Below, piece after piece: positions 62,716 to 64,000 of a stretch of 64,000 nucleotides of DNA (within the stretch, counting starts at the first letter, position 1; every line of letters starts with the position of its first letter). The translations under genes were made by a program, and so were the position numbers. The notes beneath the pieces were generated by a model. The model had not been told where the DNA came from, made no database searches, and saw only the letters and a list, made by a program, of their open reading frames with translations. Source of the stretch: an uncultured Actinomycetes bacterium (GTDB taxonomy: Bacteria > Actinomycetota > Thermoleophilia > Solirubrobacterales > Solirubrobacteraceae); NCBI GenBank assembly GCA_963786575.1, contig CAWAZH010000006.1, forward strand, positions 21,993-85,992, written 5' to 3'.

Positions 62716-63747
62716 ATGTCCGACGCCTACGCAGCCGCCGGCGTGTCGATCGCCTCCAGCGACGCGGGCGTGCGCGCGCTCGTCGACGTCCTGCGCACGA
62801 TCGAGCCCGGCCGCCCGAGCCGCTCGCTGCTGGGATCCGGGCACTACGCGAGCGTCCTGCGCGTCAGCGACGACCTCGCGATCGCGCTGTCGACCGACGG
62901 CGTCGGCTCCAAGCTCGTCGTCGCCGAGCAGACCGGGCGCCTCGGCACGGTCGGGATCGACTGCATCGCGATGAACGTCAACGACCTCGTCTGCGTCGGC
63001 GCCGAGCCGCTGGCGATGCTCGACTACCTCGCCGTCGAGCAGCCCGATCCGGCCGCGCTCGCGCAGATCGCCGCCGGGCTGAAGATCGGCGCCGAGGACG
63101 CGGGGATCGAGATCCCCGGAGGCGAGCTCGCGGTCCTGCCCGAGCTCATCCGCGGCCATCCGAGCCCCAACGGCTTCGACCTCTGCGGCGCCGCGTTCGG
63201 CACGGTCGCGCCCGACGCGATCGTCACGGGCGACGCGATCGTCCCCGGCGACGCGCTCGTCGGCCTGCCCTCCAGCGGCCTGCACTCCAACGGCTACACG
63301 CTCGCCCGGCGCGCGCTGCTGCACGACGGCGGCCTCTCGCTCGACGACGCGCCCTCCGAGCTCGGCGGCGCCTCGATCGCCGATGCGCTGCTGGAGCCGA
63401 CGGTCATCTACGTCCGCGCCGTGCTCGAGCTGCTGTCCTGCGACATCGAGGTCCGCGGCCTGGCGCACATCACCGGCGGCGGGCTCGCCAACCTCCTGCG
63501 CCTCAACGGCGGCGTCGGCTTCGCCGTCGACCGCCCGCTGCCCGTCCCGCCGGTCTTCGGGCTGATCGCGCGGCTCGGAGGCGTCGCCGAGGCCGAGATG
63601 TGGGACGTCTTCAACATGGGCTGCGGCTTCGTCGCGGTCGTCCCGGCCGAGCGCGCCGACGAGGCCGTCGCGCTGCTGGCGGCCCGCCACCCCGGCACCG
63701 CGGTGATCGGCGCGGTCACCGACCGCGCCGGGCGCATCGAGCGCTAG
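62716..63747 (+). CDS. purM: phosphoribosylformylglycinamidine cyclo-ligase (AIR synthetase)
   Basis: 343 aa. DGVGSKL, MNVNDLVCVGAEPL, SSGLHSNGYTLARR, HITGGGL. Confidence 0.95.
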   Translation: MSDAYAAAGVSIASSDAGVRALVDVLRTIEPGRPSRSLLGSGHYASVLRVSDDLAIALSTDGVGSKLVVAEQTGRLGTVGIDCIAMNVNDLVCVGAEPLAMLDYLAVEQPDPAALAQIAAGLKIGAEDAGIEIPGGELAVLPELIRGHPSPNGFDLCGAAFGTVAPDAIVTGDAIVPGDALVGLPSSGLHSNGYTLARRALLHDGGLSLDDAPSELGGASIADALLEPTVIYVRAVLELLSCDIEVRGLAHITGGGLANLLRLNGGVGFAVDRPLPVPPVFGLIARLGGVAEAEMWDVFNMGCGFVAVVPAERADEAVALLAARHPGTAVIGAVTDRAGRIER

Positions 63748-64000
63748 GCCGGCTCCCAGAGCTCGCCCGACAGGCACGCCACCGGGCGCACCTTCCACTG
63801 CGCGGCCAGCCGCCACAGCTCGGCGGCCGCCAGCGGGCCCGGCAGCTCGCGGTCCCCGGCGACGCCGCGGCGGCGCTCGCACATGAAGCCCTCGCGCGCG
63901 CGGCGCAGGAAGGCGACGTCGCAGCCCTGCTCGGCCGCGGCCTTGACCGCGAGGCAGGACGGGTACGTACTGGCAGGAGGATGGTCGAGCCACAGCCGCG
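63744..64000 (-). pseudogene. C-terminal fragment of a thioredoxin-fold (DsbA-family-like) protein. Runs off the window end and has an apparent 1-nt deletion near 63895.
   Basis: Reverse-strand reading gives RLWLDHPPASTYPSCLAVKAAAEQGCDVAFLRRAR in one frame and EGFMCERRRGVAGDRELPGPLAAAELWRLAAQWKVRPVACLSGELWEPA-stop in another. The family call is from memory and weak. Confidence 0.3.

Noticed and set aside
1-64000. Searched for rRNA genes, transposases, integrases, IS inverted repeats, toxin-antitoxin pairs and secondary-metabolite core enzymes.
   Set aside because: No ORF or sequence stretch showed the corresponding signatures. Their absence is stated rather than forcing weak candidates.

Overview
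This is a 64-kb, gene-dense, very GC-rich bacterial chromosome segment (by eye over 70% GC, with almost all real codons ending in G/C). The protein repertoire points to Actinomycetota, but that is inference and I cannot place it more precisely. The supporting proteins are an AfsR/SARP regulator, a UdgX-type glycosylase, DUF3618, DUF3105 and DUF4386 proteins, LytR_C, PadR and MarR, and two DHA2 MFS pumps.

I call about 65 protein genes and 2 tRNA-Ala genes (UGC and CGC, both with G3:U70). I saw no rRNA, CRISPR array, transposase or integrase.

Content by theme:
- Housekeeping and metabolism: two acyl-CoA dehydrogenases, transketolase, PurM, UppP, an SDR and an alpha/beta hydrolase.
- Cell-envelope polysaccharide genes in three blocks: 27.0-30.9 kb, 37.0-39.5 kb and 51.6-61.2 kb.
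- DNA-repair oddities: UdgX with the KRRIH loop, and an AlkZ-like glycosylase.
- Signalling and transport: a HAMP-GAF-GGDEF cyclase, a single-domain voltage-gated channel, and a disrupted NarK.

Most notable observations:
1. A 2.2-kb lower-GC single-gene insertion is bracketed by perfect 24-bp direct repeats that duplicate the 3' end of the flippase gene.
2. Three CGCTGAC(A/C)(C/G) direct repeats with exactly 11-bp spacing lie in the divergent promoter next to the SARP gene.
3. A truncated NHL gene, an orphan DNA methyltransferase, an SLT-M15 hydrolase and a Uma2 gene sit next to tRNA-Ala(CGC), which looks like an island remnant.
4. About 20 single-base frame disruptions are present, mostly doublings of a G or C and clustered between 24 and 37 kb. 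They are either sequencing/assembly indels or genuine pseudogenisation, and they affect how every gene model here should be read.

Many long ORFs in the supplied track are Arg/Ala/Pro/Gly-rich antisense shadows, and I did not call them.
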